A DNA stretch of 61,006 nt from a virus (taxonomy: Duplodnaviria; Caudoviricetes): positions 1 to 61,006 of the IMG/VR virus record IMGVR_UViG_3300028809_000015; one strand, given 5' to 3'. Below, one piece after another: positions 35,428-45,492 of this stretch. The stretch's first letter is position 1. Every line of letters starts with the position of its first letter. The position numbers were made by a program, and so were the translations under genes. A model generated the notes under the pieces. That model did not search any database. It saw nothing but the letters and a program-made list of their open reading frames with translations, and had not been told where the DNA came from.

Positions 35428-37664
35428 CGCGCGCAATGAAAAAACGAGATCAGGCAGCCATTGCTGAAGAGGCGCGTATTGCGCGTTTGGAGGCGTTTGC
35501 TCAAGCTCTTGTCGCCAAACGCAAAGAGGCGATCGATGGTCGCGCTGCGTCTGGCATAGAGACTATCTGGCGCGAGGACGAGGAGTTCTACGAGGGCATC
35601 GACGATGTAAATCGCGCAGAGGTAATGAGTAAGGCGACGACGCTCAATAGCGGTCTGACGAGCACACGTACGCCCAACTCGACCAAGAGCAATGTTTTCG
35701 TCAACATCACGCAGCCGTATGTGGATATGGCCAGCGCGCGTGTTGCGGACATGCTTCTGCCGACGGATGACATGCCGTTCAGCCTGGACCCGACGCCGAT
35801 GCCTGACATCGTCTCCGCGACCAAAGACATGACGACGATGGTCGGCCCTCCGGGGGCGATGAAGCCTGCGGCCATTCTGGCCAAGCAGATGATCGCCGAG
35901 GCAAAAGAGAGGGCGAAGAAGGCTGAGACGCATATTTGGGACTGGCTGGTCGAGTCGCAATGGCATAGCGAGGTTCGCCAAGTGATTGAGGACGCGGCAC
36001 GTATCGGCACCGGCATTCTTAAAGGCCCGTTCCCTGTCAAGGTTCGCAACAAGGCAATGAATCGTCTTGAGGATGGCACGGTCGAGATGACGATCGTCGA
36101 GAAGACGCGGCCAGCTTGCAAGCGCATTGACCCACGCAAGTTCTATCCTGATCCAGGATGCGGCCGGTCCATTCATAACGGCTCATTCGTGTGGGAAGAG
36201 GATGACATCACAGCCCGTCAAATCCGCGAACTCAAAGGAACGATGCATAGCGATGGTACGCCGCTGTATATCGACTCCCAGATTGATGAGGTTTTAAGGG
36301 AAGGCCCGCAAAAGACTTATCTCGAAGCAGGCAGCGTGAAGTCTGACAACGATGTCTTCAAGATTTGGTACTACCACGGCATTGCAGGCGCTGAAGATTT
36401 GCGCGCGGCGGGTTGTGAGTGTGAAGACGATAAGACCCTGCCTGTCATGGTCACAATGATCAATGACCGCGTGATCAAGGCAAAGCTGAGCGCGCTTGAT
36501 TCCGGCGAGTTTCCGTATGACGTGTTTGTTTGGCAGCGCAAGGCAAATTCTTGGACCGGCAAGGGCGTCTCCCGTCAGATTCGCACCCCGCAACGCATGA
36601 TCAATGCAGCAACGCGGAACATGATGGATAACGCAGGTTTGTCTTCTGGTCCGCAAATTCTGGTTGATCAGTCAATGATCGAGCCTGCCGACGGCAATTG
36701 GGAGATCACGCCGCGCAAGATTTGGCTGCGCGTTGAGAGCGAGACTAGCGGCCAGAAAATGTCCGACGCCATCCACAGCGTGGAGATCAAGTCTCTCCAG
36801 CAGGATCTGATGAACGTGATTACCTACGCCATGGAGTTGGCGGAAAAGGTCACGAACATGCCGCTGCTGATGCAGGGCCAGCAGGAGCCGAACGCTGAAA
36901 CTCTGGGCGGCACCCAGATCAGGAACAACAACGCATCCGTCGTGCTGCGCCGCACCGCCAAGATTTTCGACGATGACATCACTGTGCCGAAGATCAATCG
37001 CTACTACGAGTGGCTGATGCTGTATGGCGAAGACCCTGAAGAAAAAGGTGATTTCGTCATTGTCGCCAAGGGATCGACGGCTCTGTTCGAGCGAGATGCA
37101 CAAAATCAGGCCATCTTGCAGATGGGTGCCCTGATTAAAGACCCGACGTTCAAGATCAACCCAGAGAAATGGATCGTTGAGGCATTCCGTGCTCAGCGTT
37201 TGGACCCGTCCCGCTTTCAGTACACGGAAGAAGAGTGGGAGGATGTTCAAGCCAAGATGGCAGAGCAAGGCCCGCCAGCAGATCCACGTATCGAATCCAC
37301 CAAGATTAAAGCCGAAGTCGATAAGTACAAGACCGACAAGATGGCCGAGGTCACGCTTGAAAAGGCGCGCCTGGATACAGACCGTGACACCGTTTATGTG
37401 CAGGCCGAGCAGGAGCGCACACAGTCTATGCACGAAGCCAAGATGGTTGAGTTGGCGCAGCGTGAGCGTCTAGCCATGCTTGAGTATGCCAACCGCGAAA
37501 AGATTAGTCTCGAGCAGGTCAAGGCCAAGCTGGCTGGCGACGCAATGAAACTGCGAGTGCAGAAGGAGTTGGCCATGACGCCGCCTGCTGGCGCGCCGCA
37601 GATTGCAACGCCGCCGACGGAGCCGGCTGGGCGCGCACCTAATGGACAGGCATTTCAGCGATGA
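35424..37664 (+). CDS. Portal protein (P22/BPP-1-like, long C-terminal coiled coil)
   Basis: 746 aa; VFVNIT..ARVADMLLP..GTGILKGP..FYPDP; position between terminase and scaffold. Confidence 0.88.
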   Translation: MTRAMKKRDQAAIAEEARIARLEAFAQALVAKRKEAIDGRAASGIETIWREDEEFYEGIDDVNRAEVMSKATTLNSGLTSTRTPNSTKSNVFVNITQPYVDMASARVADMLLPTDDMPFSLDPTPMPDIVSATKDMTTMVGPPGAMKPAAILAKQMIAEAKERAKKAETHIWDWLVESQWHSEVRQVIEDAARIGTGILKGPFPVKVRNKAMNRLEDGTVEMTIVEKTRPACKRIDPRKFYPDPGCGRSIHNGSFVWEEDDITARQIRELKGTMHSDGTPLYIDSQIDEVLREGPQKTYLEAGSVKSDNDVFKIWYYHGIAGAEDLRAAGCECEDDKTLPVMVTMINDRVIKAKLSALDSGEFPYDVFVWQRKANSWTGKGVSRQIRTPQRMINAATRNMMDNAGLSSGPQILVDQSMIEPADGNWEITPRKIWLRVESETSGQKMSDAIHSVEIKSLQQDLMNVITYAMELAEKVTNMPLLMQGQQEPNAETLGGTQIRNNNASVVLRRTAKIFDDDITVPKINRYYEWLMLYGEDPEEKGDFVIVAKGSTALFERDAQNQAILQMGALIKDPTFKINPEKWIVEAFRAQRLDPSRFQYTEEEWEDVQAKMAEQGPPADPRIESTKIKAEVDKYKTDKMAEVTLEKARLDTDRDTVYVQAEQERTQSMHEAKMVELAQRERLAMLEYANREKISLEQVKAKLAGDAMKLRVQKELAMTPPAGAPQIATPPTEPAGRAPNGQAFQR

Positions 37665-37861
37665 AGCTGACTGACGCTGAGAAGGTTTCGCCGCTCTGGC
37701 TGAAGATCAAGTCGCACCTAGAAGAGCGCATAGAGATACACCGCGCATCCAACGACAAGACACAAGAGGCTGACGCAACAGAGAAGTTGCGAGGCCGCAT
37801 AGCCGAACTGAAGGATCTGCTGAGGCTGGAGAAAGAGCGTCCGCAGATCAGCCAAGAATAG
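37661..37861 (+). CDS. Conserved small protein after the portal
   Basis: SPLWLKIKSHLEERI..LRGRIAELKDLL. Confidence 0.75.
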   Translation: MKLTDAEKVSPLWLKIKSHLEERIEIHRASNDKTQEADATEKLRGRIAELKDLLRLEKERPQISQE

Positions 37862-37971
37862 AAATTCGTTGGCGCCGGCAACGGCCCCAACACAAGAGAC
37901 AAGCGACGGTACGCCGCCCCTTGTCATGTGAGAGCCGCCCTTGAGGCGGTTTTTTGTTTTGGAGAGCAGCT

Positions 37972-38913
37972 TTGGAAAACACAGAAAGCCAGGAGAACCA
38001 GCAGGAACAACAAGTTCATGAATCGATGATGGCCGGCTTCAACAAGGTGCGTGGTGATGAGCCTCCCGCCGAAGACCCGCCTAAGCAAGTCGAAGTCACT
38101 GAACAAGCGCAATCAGAAGCTGCAACGGAACCCGTCAAGGAAGAAGAAGCCAATGCCGACGTCGTCAACACGTCAACAGAGGCATCGGAAGCCAAGACAG
38201 CCGAACCAGCTGCAGCAGATGAAGACCCGATCGTTCCAGGAATCGGCCTTAAAGCATCCGAAGTAAAGAACCTTCTTTCGAGGGCGGCCAGTTTTGACCC
38301 GGCGGCAATCGAGGAAAGGTTGAGCAGCAAGATGTTCGGCAAGTTCGGGCAGTTTCAGCGCGAAATCAATCAGCTGAAGTCCTCGCCAGCCGGGCAGCCC
38401 TTGAAGCTCACGACGGAGAAGCTGAAAAGACTGCATGCCGAATACCCGGAAATGGCGGCGATTCTTGCTGAGGACTTGAGCGAAGTGCTCACGGCCCCCG
38501 CAGGGACGTTTACCCAGGAACAGGTCGACCAGATGGTGGCGAAAAAGGTATCGGAGAAATCCACCGAAACCGAACTCAAGCTGCTGACTATTGCGCATCC
38601 CGACTGGTACGAAAACAGGCGTTCGCCTGATTTCAATGTTTGGCTTTCCACCCTGCCTGCTGACATCAGTGAGCGGGTGCAGACAAGCGAGGACTCCGCA
38701 TTCCTCACTCAGGCATTCCACGGTTTTAAAGCCTGGAAAAACGCAGCGCAGGAAGCAAGGCGCGCTGCCGAAGAAGCCGCTGCCGCAAAACAAAAGAACG
38801 AAAAGCGATTGGAGGGAAGCATCACGCCGAAGGGTGTGACTGTCGCCGCTCCGCCACTACCAACAGCATCAAGCGCCATGCAGGCCGGATTCAAGAAGGT
38901 CCGCGGGCCTTAA
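37972..38913 (+). CDS. Capsid scaffolding protein
   Basis: Acidic disordered N-terminus, AHPDW..FNVWL motif; directly upstream of the MCP; GGAG RBS + TTG. Confidence 0.82.
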   Translation: MENTESQENQQEQQVHESMMAGFNKVRGDEPPAEDPPKQVEVTEQAQSEAATEPVKEEEANADVVNTSTEASEAKTAEPAAADEDPIVPGIGLKASEVKNLLSRAASFDPAAIEERLSSKMFGKFGQFQREINQLKSSPAGQPLKLTTEKLKRLHAEYPEMAAILAEDLSEVLTAPAGTFTQEQVDQMVAKKVSEKSTETELKLLTIAHPDWYENRRSPDFNVWLSTLPADISERVQTSEDSAFLTQAFHGFKAWKNAAQEARRAAEEAAAAKQKNEKRLEGSITPKGVTVAAPPLPTASSAMQAGFKKVRGP

Positions 38914-38928
38914 ATCTAAGGAATCACC

Positions 38929-39978
38929 ATGACTACGCAAGCCTATTCCACCCAGGCGGGTCGGATCAATGAAGTCAAGGGCGAGATGATCGCTCACGCG
39001 CTGCCGCACGAAGTTCTTTCGCTTGGCTGCACCATGAAGCCAATGCCGAAAAAGCAGGGCGACAACATCACTTATCGTCGCGTCCTGCCGTACGGTGCCA
39101 CCACCACCAACGCCAACACGATTAACCGCTGGTCGCTGACCGCCGCGGCGCACGTCGTTACAGAGGGCGTTACGCCTGCAGCTGAGGGTATCACTTACCA
39201 CGATGTGGCGGTGCAGATCCAGCAGTACGGCTGCCTATACAGCTACACCGACAAGGCCGCACTCCTGTACGAAGACGACATCCCGCAGGATGAGAAAGAG
39301 CAGTGCGGCGAACGCATGGGCATGGTCCGCGAGATGATCCGCTTCGGCGCAATGAAGGCCTGCTCCAATGTCTATTACGCCGGCGGCACGACCCGCTCCA
39401 CCGTGGATGAGCCTGTCAGCCTGCCTCTGCTGCGTCATATCGCCAAAAACTTGGCGCTGAATGGCGCGAAGATGAAGAACAAGATCCTCTCTGCGAGCCC
39501 CGAATACGACACCAGCGCGATCGAGGCGGGGTACTTGGTGTTCGCTTCGTCCAACTGCGAACCGGACATCCGCGATCTACCAAACTTCGTTCCGGTAGCG
39601 AAGTATGGCGATCGCAAGCCGATCAACGAGCATGAGCTTGGTTCGTGCGAGCGCTTCCGCTTCATCGTGTCGAAGGAGTTGACAGCCTACGCCGATGCTG
39701 GTGCAGCAGTTGGATCAACCGGACTCGAATCAACGTCCGGGAGCAACATCGACGTCTACCCGATGATCGTTGTCGGTGCGGATGGGGCGTTTGACATCGC
39801 TCTGCGTGGCGAAAGCGCCCTGAGGGTGGTCCATATCTCGCACGACAAAGAAGACAAGGCCGACCCGCTGTGCCAGCGCGGCTATGTGGGCGCAACGTTC
39901 TGGTCCGCTGTTCTGGTCGCCAACCCCGGCTGGATGGCTGTCGCTGAAGTCGGTACCACCAACACCGCTCCTGCCTAA
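38929..39978 (+). CDS. Major capsid protein (N4-gp56-like family)
   Basis: MPKKQGDNITYRR..TEGVTP..IQQYG..FVPVAKYG..ELGSCERFRFI..DPLCQRGYVG. Confidence 0.92.
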   Translation: MTTQAYSTQAGRINEVKGEMIAHALPHEVLSLGCTMKPMPKKQGDNITYRRVLPYGATTTNANTINRWSLTAAAHVVTEGVTPAAEGITYHDVAVQIQQYGCLYSYTDKAALLYEDDIPQDEKEQCGERMGMVREMIRFGAMKACSNVYYAGGTTRSTVDEPVSLPLLRHIAKNLALNGAKMKNKILSASPEYDTSAIEAGYLVFASSNCEPDIRDLPNFVPVAKYGDRKPINEHELGSCERFRFIVSKELTAYADAGAAVGSTGLESTSGSNIDVYPMIVVGADGAFDIALRGESALRVVHISHDKEDKADPLCQRGYVGATFWSAVLVANPGWMAVAEVGTTNTAPA

Positions 39979-40023
39979 TCAATAAGGCCGCACTGAGTGG
40001 CGGCCACTCCTTAAGGAATCATC

Positions 40024-40497
40024 ATGGAAAAGAATGCGCTTTACGGGCAGAACTGCTGCCTGTCGTCTGGGCTATTGACGGCCACTGGAGCGGAAACGGT
40101 GTACGACACGACCGTCACCATCGATTACGTGCTGGATGGCGTTATCGCCAGCAAGACCGCAATCACCGATGGCGTTACGCCGACCACGGATTACGTGACC
40201 GGCAACGCAATCACTCTGACAGCAAGTAAGGCCCGTATTGTTGTTTGGGGCTTGATCTCGGGCGGCACGGTCAAAGTGATTGCTGGTGACATCGTTGACT
40301 GGGACGGCGTGGCGTTCAATGTCCCGCCTCCGATGCCAACAGTGCCGGATACGTTTGTTCCGTTCGCAACGCAGATGCTGAAAGCTAGCTCGGCTGCGGG
40401 AACGATCACGTTCGGATCTTCGAACTGGAACGCCACCGGTTTCACCAATTCGATCAAGAACGTGGCTTGGCTGCCGGCGCGCACCCGCACCGCTTAA
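40024..40497 (+). CDS. Putative head decoration/structural protein
   Basis: Follows the MCP with a strong RBS; followed by a terminator at 40521-40545. Confidence 0.65.
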   Translation: MEKNALYGQNCCLSSGLLTATGAETVYDTTVTIDYVLDGVIASKTAITDGVTPTTDYVTGNAITLTASKARIVVWGLISGGTVKVIAGDIVDWDGVAFNVPPPMPTVPDTFVPFATQMLKASSAAGTITFGSSNWNATGFTNSIKNVAWLPARTRTA

Positions 40498-40558
40498 GCA
40501 GGATAAATCCCATTCAAATAACGGCCCTTCGGGGCCGTTTCTATTTCAGGAAACCATC

Positions 40559-41164
40559 ATGCTATTACGCAAACTTACGACTGCGATTGTCGAAAAGACG
40601 CTGACTTTCGCCAAAGGTGCCGTCCTCAGGGTAACAAACTCCGACGGCACACTGAGCACCATCAACCTGACAGAGCTAGGCGTCCTCGACGGACTAACAG
40701 CCAGCGCCGCAGAGCTGAACATCCTCGACGGCGTTACTGCCACTGCAGCGGAACTCAACATGGCGGCGGACAGCTCAGCCAACGTGGAAGTCGTCGCTGC
40801 AACCAATGTCATCACCGCGGCGGAAAGCGGCAAGACTTTCTTCCTGAACTCAGCAACAGAGTTCGTTTCCACGCTCCCCGTTGCCGCTGCCGGTCTGCGC
40901 TACACGTTCATTGTGTCTGGCGCGCCGTCCGGTGCCAGCTATACGGTTGTCACTGATTCCAGCGCAAACGTCATCATAGGCTTGCAAAACAGCGCAGCCG
41001 GCGACGCCGGAGACACTGGAACCGCAGACGATACCATCTCATTTGTCGATGGCCAGGCAGTTGCTGGTGACCGCGTTGATGTGATTAGCGACGGCACAAG
41101 CTGGTTTGCCTACGCTCGCAGCAAAGTAGCAGCCGGCATCACATTCACTCAAGCATCGGCGTAA
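40559..41164 (+). CDS. Putative head fibre/structural protein
   Basis: Repeats ELGVLDGLTASAAELNILDGVTATAAELN; C-terminal beta domain SDGTSWF. Confidence 0.7.
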   Translation: MLLRKLTTAIVEKTLTFAKGAVLRVTNSDGTLSTINLTELGVLDGLTASAAELNILDGVTATAAELNMAADSSANVEVVAATNVITAAESGKTFFLNSATEFVSTLPVAAAGLRYTFIVSGAPSGASYTVVTDSSANVIIGLQNSAAGDAGDTGTADDTISFVDGQAVAGDRVDVISDGTSWFAYARSKVAAGITFTQASA

Positions 41165-41217
41165 TAGCCAAAAAACAAGGGCCTCTTCGGAGGCCTTTTT
41201 CTTTTTAGGAGAAGACT

Positions 41218-41730
41218 ATGCCAAGAGGCGTACCCAATACACAGCGAGTTCCCAACGTTGCCCCGACCAAGACTTTTGAGCCGATGGAGCAGCAAATTGG
41301 TCAGGACGCTCCGCGCGTCATGAAAAGCACCGGCCCGGCAAGAGAAGCGCTGGAGGATGCTTACATCCAGGTCGTAGATCGCCCTCTCGATCAGGAGAAA
41401 TTGGCGATGATGGCCTTCATGGAAGAGCCTGTCACCGTCCATATTCACAGCGTCAGCGACCCGAAAGAAGCACAGATTTTCCCGATCGGGAATAACGGGC
41501 AGACTGAAATTTTCAAGCGCGGCGAAACCAAGACCGTCAAGCGCAAGTTCGTCGACATCCTCGCATCGCGCAAGATCACGACCTACACCCAAGAGCGGCG
41601 CCAGAATGCACAAGGCATCTTCGAGGACGTGCAGATCCCGCATTCCTCGTTGATCTATCCGTTCAGCGTGGTCCGTGACGCCCATCCTCGTGGTGCGGAC
41701 TGGCTCCGGGCAGTATTGGCCCAGCCCTAA
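41218..41730 (+). CDS. Conserved podophage hypothetical protein
   Basis: AFMEEPVTV..NG..RG..YPFSV..PRGADWL pattern upstream of the adaptor. Confidence 0.75.
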   Translation: MPRGVPNTQRVPNVAPTKTFEPMEQQIGQDAPRVMKSTGPAREALEDAYIQVVDRPLDQEKLAMMAFMEEPVTVHIHSVSDPKEAQIFPIGNNGQTEIFKRGETKTVKRKFVDILASRKITTYTQERRQNAQGIFEDVQIPHSSLIYPFSVVRDAHPRGADWLRAVLAQP

Positions 41731-41732
41731 GC

Positions 41733-42413
41733 ATGTCCACCTTCTTGGAGTTGTGCCAGGACTTCCGAGAGGAGGCTGGCATCACAGGCAGCGGGCCGGT
41801 TTCCGTCATCGGGCAGACTGGGGAAATGAAGCGGGTCGTCAACTGGATTTTGAAGGCATACAAGGACATCCAGAACAAGCATAGGAATTGGGATTTTCTG
41901 CGCGAAAATTTCTCGTTTGAGACTATCGCGAGTACGTCCACCTACCTTCCGACGGCTGTCTCTCTCGACGAGCTGGCCACTTGGAAGCAGGACACTTTCC
42001 GCATCTACCGGACAGCTACTGGCGTAGCGGATGAGCAATGGCTTCGGTGCTGGCGCTGGGACGAGTTGCGCGATGCCTATTTGATCGGGCCTAGTCGCAG
42101 CCAAACAGGTCGCCCAACTGAGTTTGCGATCAAGCCGGACAAATCGGTGGTGTTCTGGCCGGCGCCAGATGCCGTCTATACGGTGACCGGAGAGTATTTC
42201 CAGCGTGCGCAAACCATGACCGCGAACGCGGATGAGCCTCTTTTGCCGGAGCAGTTCCACGACATCATCAAATGGCGGGCCATGATGTACTACGGAGCCT
42301 ATGAGGGGGCAGCGGAAGTTTACGCAAATGGCAAATCCGAGTACGCAAGGATGATGTTCGAGATGCGTCTCGATCAGCTTCCGGGAATCACGCTGGGAGG
42401 CGCACTTGCGTAA
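41733..42413 (+). CDS. Tail adaptor (tubular protein A-like)
   Basis: TFLELCQ..WDFL..FWPAPDAVY..PLLPEQFHDII. Confidence 0.8.
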   Translation: MSTFLELCQDFREEAGITGSGPVSVIGQTGEMKRVVNWILKAYKDIQNKHRNWDFLRENFSFETIASTSTYLPTAVSLDELATWKQDTFRIYRTATGVADEQWLRCWRWDELRDAYLIGPSRSQTGRPTEFAIKPDKSVVFWPAPDAVYTVTGEYFQRAQTMTANADEPLLPEQFHDIIKWRAMMYYGAYEGAAEVYANGKSEYARMMFEMRLDQLPGITLGGALA

Positions 42414-44442
42414 TCTGCCGAATGTGGATGTCCGCACTGACTATGCAAAACTGGTCGGCGGCTTAGACCTGGTATCTCCCGCGTTGTCGGTACGCCCCGG
42501 TTTTGCGCTGGATGCCGTCAACTATGAGCCTGGTGTTTTTGGCGGGTATAAGCGGATTGATGGGTACGAGCGATTCGATGGGCGGACGTCGCCATCGACC
42601 GGGACGTATTACTACACCACCTATACCCCGACAACGACTGCGCCGGCTGTAGGAGACACCTTGACGCAAGGAGCGGTAACGGCTGTTGTCGCTTATGTCG
42701 CTGATGGTGCGCTAGCTCTTACGAAGGTTGCGGGCGGGACGCTTGCATCAGGGGCGTACACGGGGAGCGGCGGCGGGACGTTCGGCATGACGCCGCTTGC
42801 TCGCGGCTTCGCGGATGGGTACACGGATGCTGTTGCGCTGAATGCTGCGGCGGACATTTACCGCGCCGATATTGCGGCAGTGCCTGGAAGTGGCTCCGTC
42901 CTCGGTGCTTGGATGTACGACGGTACTGTCTATGCATTCCGCAACAATGCCGGCGCTACTGCGGCTGTCATGCACAAATCAACCGCTTCAGGATGGTCCG
43001 CCGTTTCGCTTGGTCGAGAACTGGCTTTCACCTCTGGTGGCGCGACCGAGATCGTCGAGGGGAATACGATTACCGGCGCGACATCAGGGGCAACGGCGGT
43101 GATTACGCGCGTGGTGCGGCAAAGTGGCAGCTGGGCAGCAGGGAATGCGGCAGGGCGTTTTATCTTCGCGTCGCAGACAGGGACATTCCAGGCTGAAGAC
43201 CTGAACGTTGGCGCCACGCTGAATCTGGCAACCATTGCCGGGAACAGCAGCGCAATTACGCTTCTGCCAAGCGGACGATATGAGTTCGTCAATCACAACT
43301 TTACTGGGCATACCGACACCTTCCGGATGTATGGCTGCGATGGTGTGAACCGCGCATTCGAATTTGACGGGACGGTATTTGTACCCATTGCCACAGGGAT
43401 GGTAGAGGACAAGCCTTCTTATATTGCCGCCCATAAGAAAAAGCTCTTTCTATCATTTCGCGGATCCTTGCAAAACTCCAGCGACGGCGACCCATATGAA
43501 TGGTCTGCCATCACAGGCGCAAGCGAGATTGGCGCAGGAGAAGACATCACCGGCTTGCTGGTCCAGCCGGGTGAGGTCCTGGCGATCTTCACGCGCAACA
43601 GCATCAAGCAGTTGCTCGGTTCAACGATTGATAACTTCGACCTGCAAGAGTTGGCGCCGGAAGTCGGGGCGATCGGCCATACGGTGCAAAACATTGGCGT
43701 GGCGTACTGCTTCGACGACAGAGGTATTAACCAGATCACGCGCACTCAAGCGTACGGCAATTTTAACCACGGCACGGTCAGCCGTTTGGCGCAGCCCGTC
43801 ATAGACTCGCTTCGCAGCAAGGTTGTTGCCTCAACTGTGTATCGCGCTCGCAATCAGTACCGGCTTTATGCGAATGACGGCACCGGCGTAATTATGACCG
43901 TCGAAGGAAGCAAGATCGTCGGCATCACAAAGCTCGAATATCCGGTCAATGTCACTTGCGCATGCAATGGAGAAGACGCGACGGGCAAGGATGTCGTGTT
44001 CTTCGGCGATGACGACGGCTTTGTGTATCAGGCTGACAAAGGATCGAGTTTCGACGGAGAAGAGATCGAGGCCTATATCCGCCCTGTTTTCAATCATTCC
44101 GGATCGCCGCGTATTCGCAAGCGTTATCGAAAAGCCGTCTTGGAGATGAGCGCAGAAGCCTATTCGTCCATCCGAGTTCAACCTGAATTCACTTATGGCG
44201 ACGCTGACGCAGCTTCGCATATCACGCAAACCGAAACGATCCAAGGTGCGGGCGGATATTGGGATGTGGACAACTGGGAGAGCTTCTTCTATGACGCCCG
44301 CGTTGTCGCAGCTCCCGAATTCAGCATCGCCGGCACCGGCACAAATCTATCCCTGATTTTTTATTCGAAGAGTGACATTGACCTTGGACATACGCTTCAA
44401 GGGGTGTTGCTGCAATTTACGCCAAGAAGGTTGTCACGATGA
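42406..44442 (+). CDS. Tail nozzle (tubular protein B/P22 gp10-like)
   Basis: 678 aa, beta-propeller-like; N-terminal GGLDL..NYE..GGYKRIDG; RKRYRK near the C-terminus. Confidence 0.8.
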   Translation: MRNLPNVDVRTDYAKLVGGLDLVSPALSVRPGFALDAVNYEPGVFGGYKRIDGYERFDGRTSPSTGTYYYTTYTPTTTAPAVGDTLTQGAVTAVVAYVADGALALTKVAGGTLASGAYTGSGGGTFGMTPLARGFADGYTDAVALNAAADIYRADIAAVPGSGSVLGAWMYDGTVYAFRNNAGATAAVMHKSTASGWSAVSLGRELAFTSGGATEIVEGNTITGATSGATAVITRVVRQSGSWAAGNAAGRFIFASQTGTFQAEDLNVGATLNLATIAGNSSAITLLPSGRYEFVNHNFTGHTDTFRMYGCDGVNRAFEFDGTVFVPIATGMVEDKPSYIAAHKKKLFLSFRGSLQNSSDGDPYEWSAITGASEIGAGEDITGLLVQPGEVLAIFTRNSIKQLLGSTIDNFDLQELAPEVGAIGHTVQNIGVAYCFDDRGINQITRTQAYGNFNHGTVSRLAQPVIDSLRSKVVASTVYRARNQYRLYANDGTGVIMTVEGSKIVGITKLEYPVNVTCACNGEDATGKDVVFFGDDDGFVYQADKGSSFDGEEIEAYIRPVFNHSGSPRIRKRYRKAVLEMSAEAYSSIRVQPEFTYGDADAASHITQTETIQGAGGYWDVDNWESFFYDARVVAAPEFSIAGTGTNLSLIFYSKSDIDLGHTLQGVLLQFTPRRLSR

Positions 44443-45488
44443 CGAATGCTTATTACACCAGCCCTACCGACATTTCAGCAGGTACGAAAGCACGGTCCGT
44501 CGATATTAACACCCTTGATTCGTCAGTTGATGCGGCATTCGACAAACTGCCGACCGAAACAAATATCAAGCAAGGGAAGGTTAACTATGCGGTGACAGGC
44601 GGCTCCGCCAATGCTTACACTATTTCTCTACCGCACGCGCCGGCAAGTTACGCCGACGGCCTGCTGGTAGATGCGTACATCCATGCCACAAATGGAAGTG
44701 GCGGATCGACGGTCAACGTCAATGGATTGGGCGTAAAGAGTATCAAGCTTCAGAACGGCGACGACCCAGCCGCTGGAGACTTGCAGAAATTCGTGTCTAT
44801 GAGGTACAGCACGACGACGGGGTTTTTTCATGCCCAAGGCAGCGCATCTACTGCCGCCGCAAGCGCATCAGCAAGCGCGGCTGCTGCGGCAGCAGCATCT
44901 TCTGCGGCAGCAGCAAGCGAATCTACAGCATCAGCCGCAGCCCAGTCGGCGTCAGAATCTGCGGCATTGGCATCTGGGTACACCGTGCCTTTTAGTGATG
45001 CTAATCCCCTAGTCAAAGGAAGCGCGGACGACACCAAGCGCTGGCGGGTAGAGGTTGACGGCTTTACAGCGGGACAGACTCGTGTTGGAACACCGCCAGA
45101 TGCCGATTTCAACATGGCCGGCACGAACTTGAAGCAGGAGTTTTCCAAACCTCAGCGCCCGAGCCTGTCCACCGAAACCGCCCCATCGTCCAACGCGGTC
45201 ACCTGGGACCTGACAACGGATAGCGTCTTTCGCATAAATCTAAATGCAAACATCACGACGTTCAACTTAACAGGCACGCTAGCCGATCTTGCTGGCTACC
45301 AGTTCCAGACAATCGTGCGCTACAACGGCGGCACGGCGGTAACGTGGAACGCAAACATGAAGCTGCCCGGCACGGTGACTCTGACGGGCACCAGCGGAAA
45401 GGTTGACATCTTCAATTGGGTAGTTGCTAGCGCCAACGGTACCGACTACTACCTGCTCTGCACCGGCTACAGCCAGAATTTGGGGTGA
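44439..45488 (+). CDS. Tail fibre, proximal subunit
   Basis: N-terminal attachment segment, Ala/Ser-rich linker, beta C-terminus. Confidence 0.75.
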   Translation: MTNAYYTSPTDISAGTKARSVDINTLDSSVDAAFDKLPTETNIKQGKVNYAVTGGSANAYTISLPHAPASYADGLLVDAYIHATNGSGGSTVNVNGLGVKSIKLQNGDDPAAGDLQKFVSMRYSTTTGFFHAQGSASTAAASASASAAAAAAASSAAAASESTASAAAQSASESAALASGYTVPFSDANPLVKGSADDTKRWRVEVDGFTAGQTRVGTPPDADFNMAGTNLKQEFSKPQRPSLSTETAPSSNAVTWDLTTDSVFRINLNANITTFNLTGTLADLAGYQFQTIVRYNGGTAVTWNANMKLPGTVTLTGTSGKVDIFNWVVASANGTDYYLLCTGYSQNLG

Positions 45489-45492
45489 CCGC

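Noticed and set aside
44840-44975. GCN-rich repeat tract in the tail fibre as a contingency locus or frameshift site
   Set aside because: Imperfect codon-level Ala/Ser linker typical of tail fibres; frame is intact with no slippery heptamer evident
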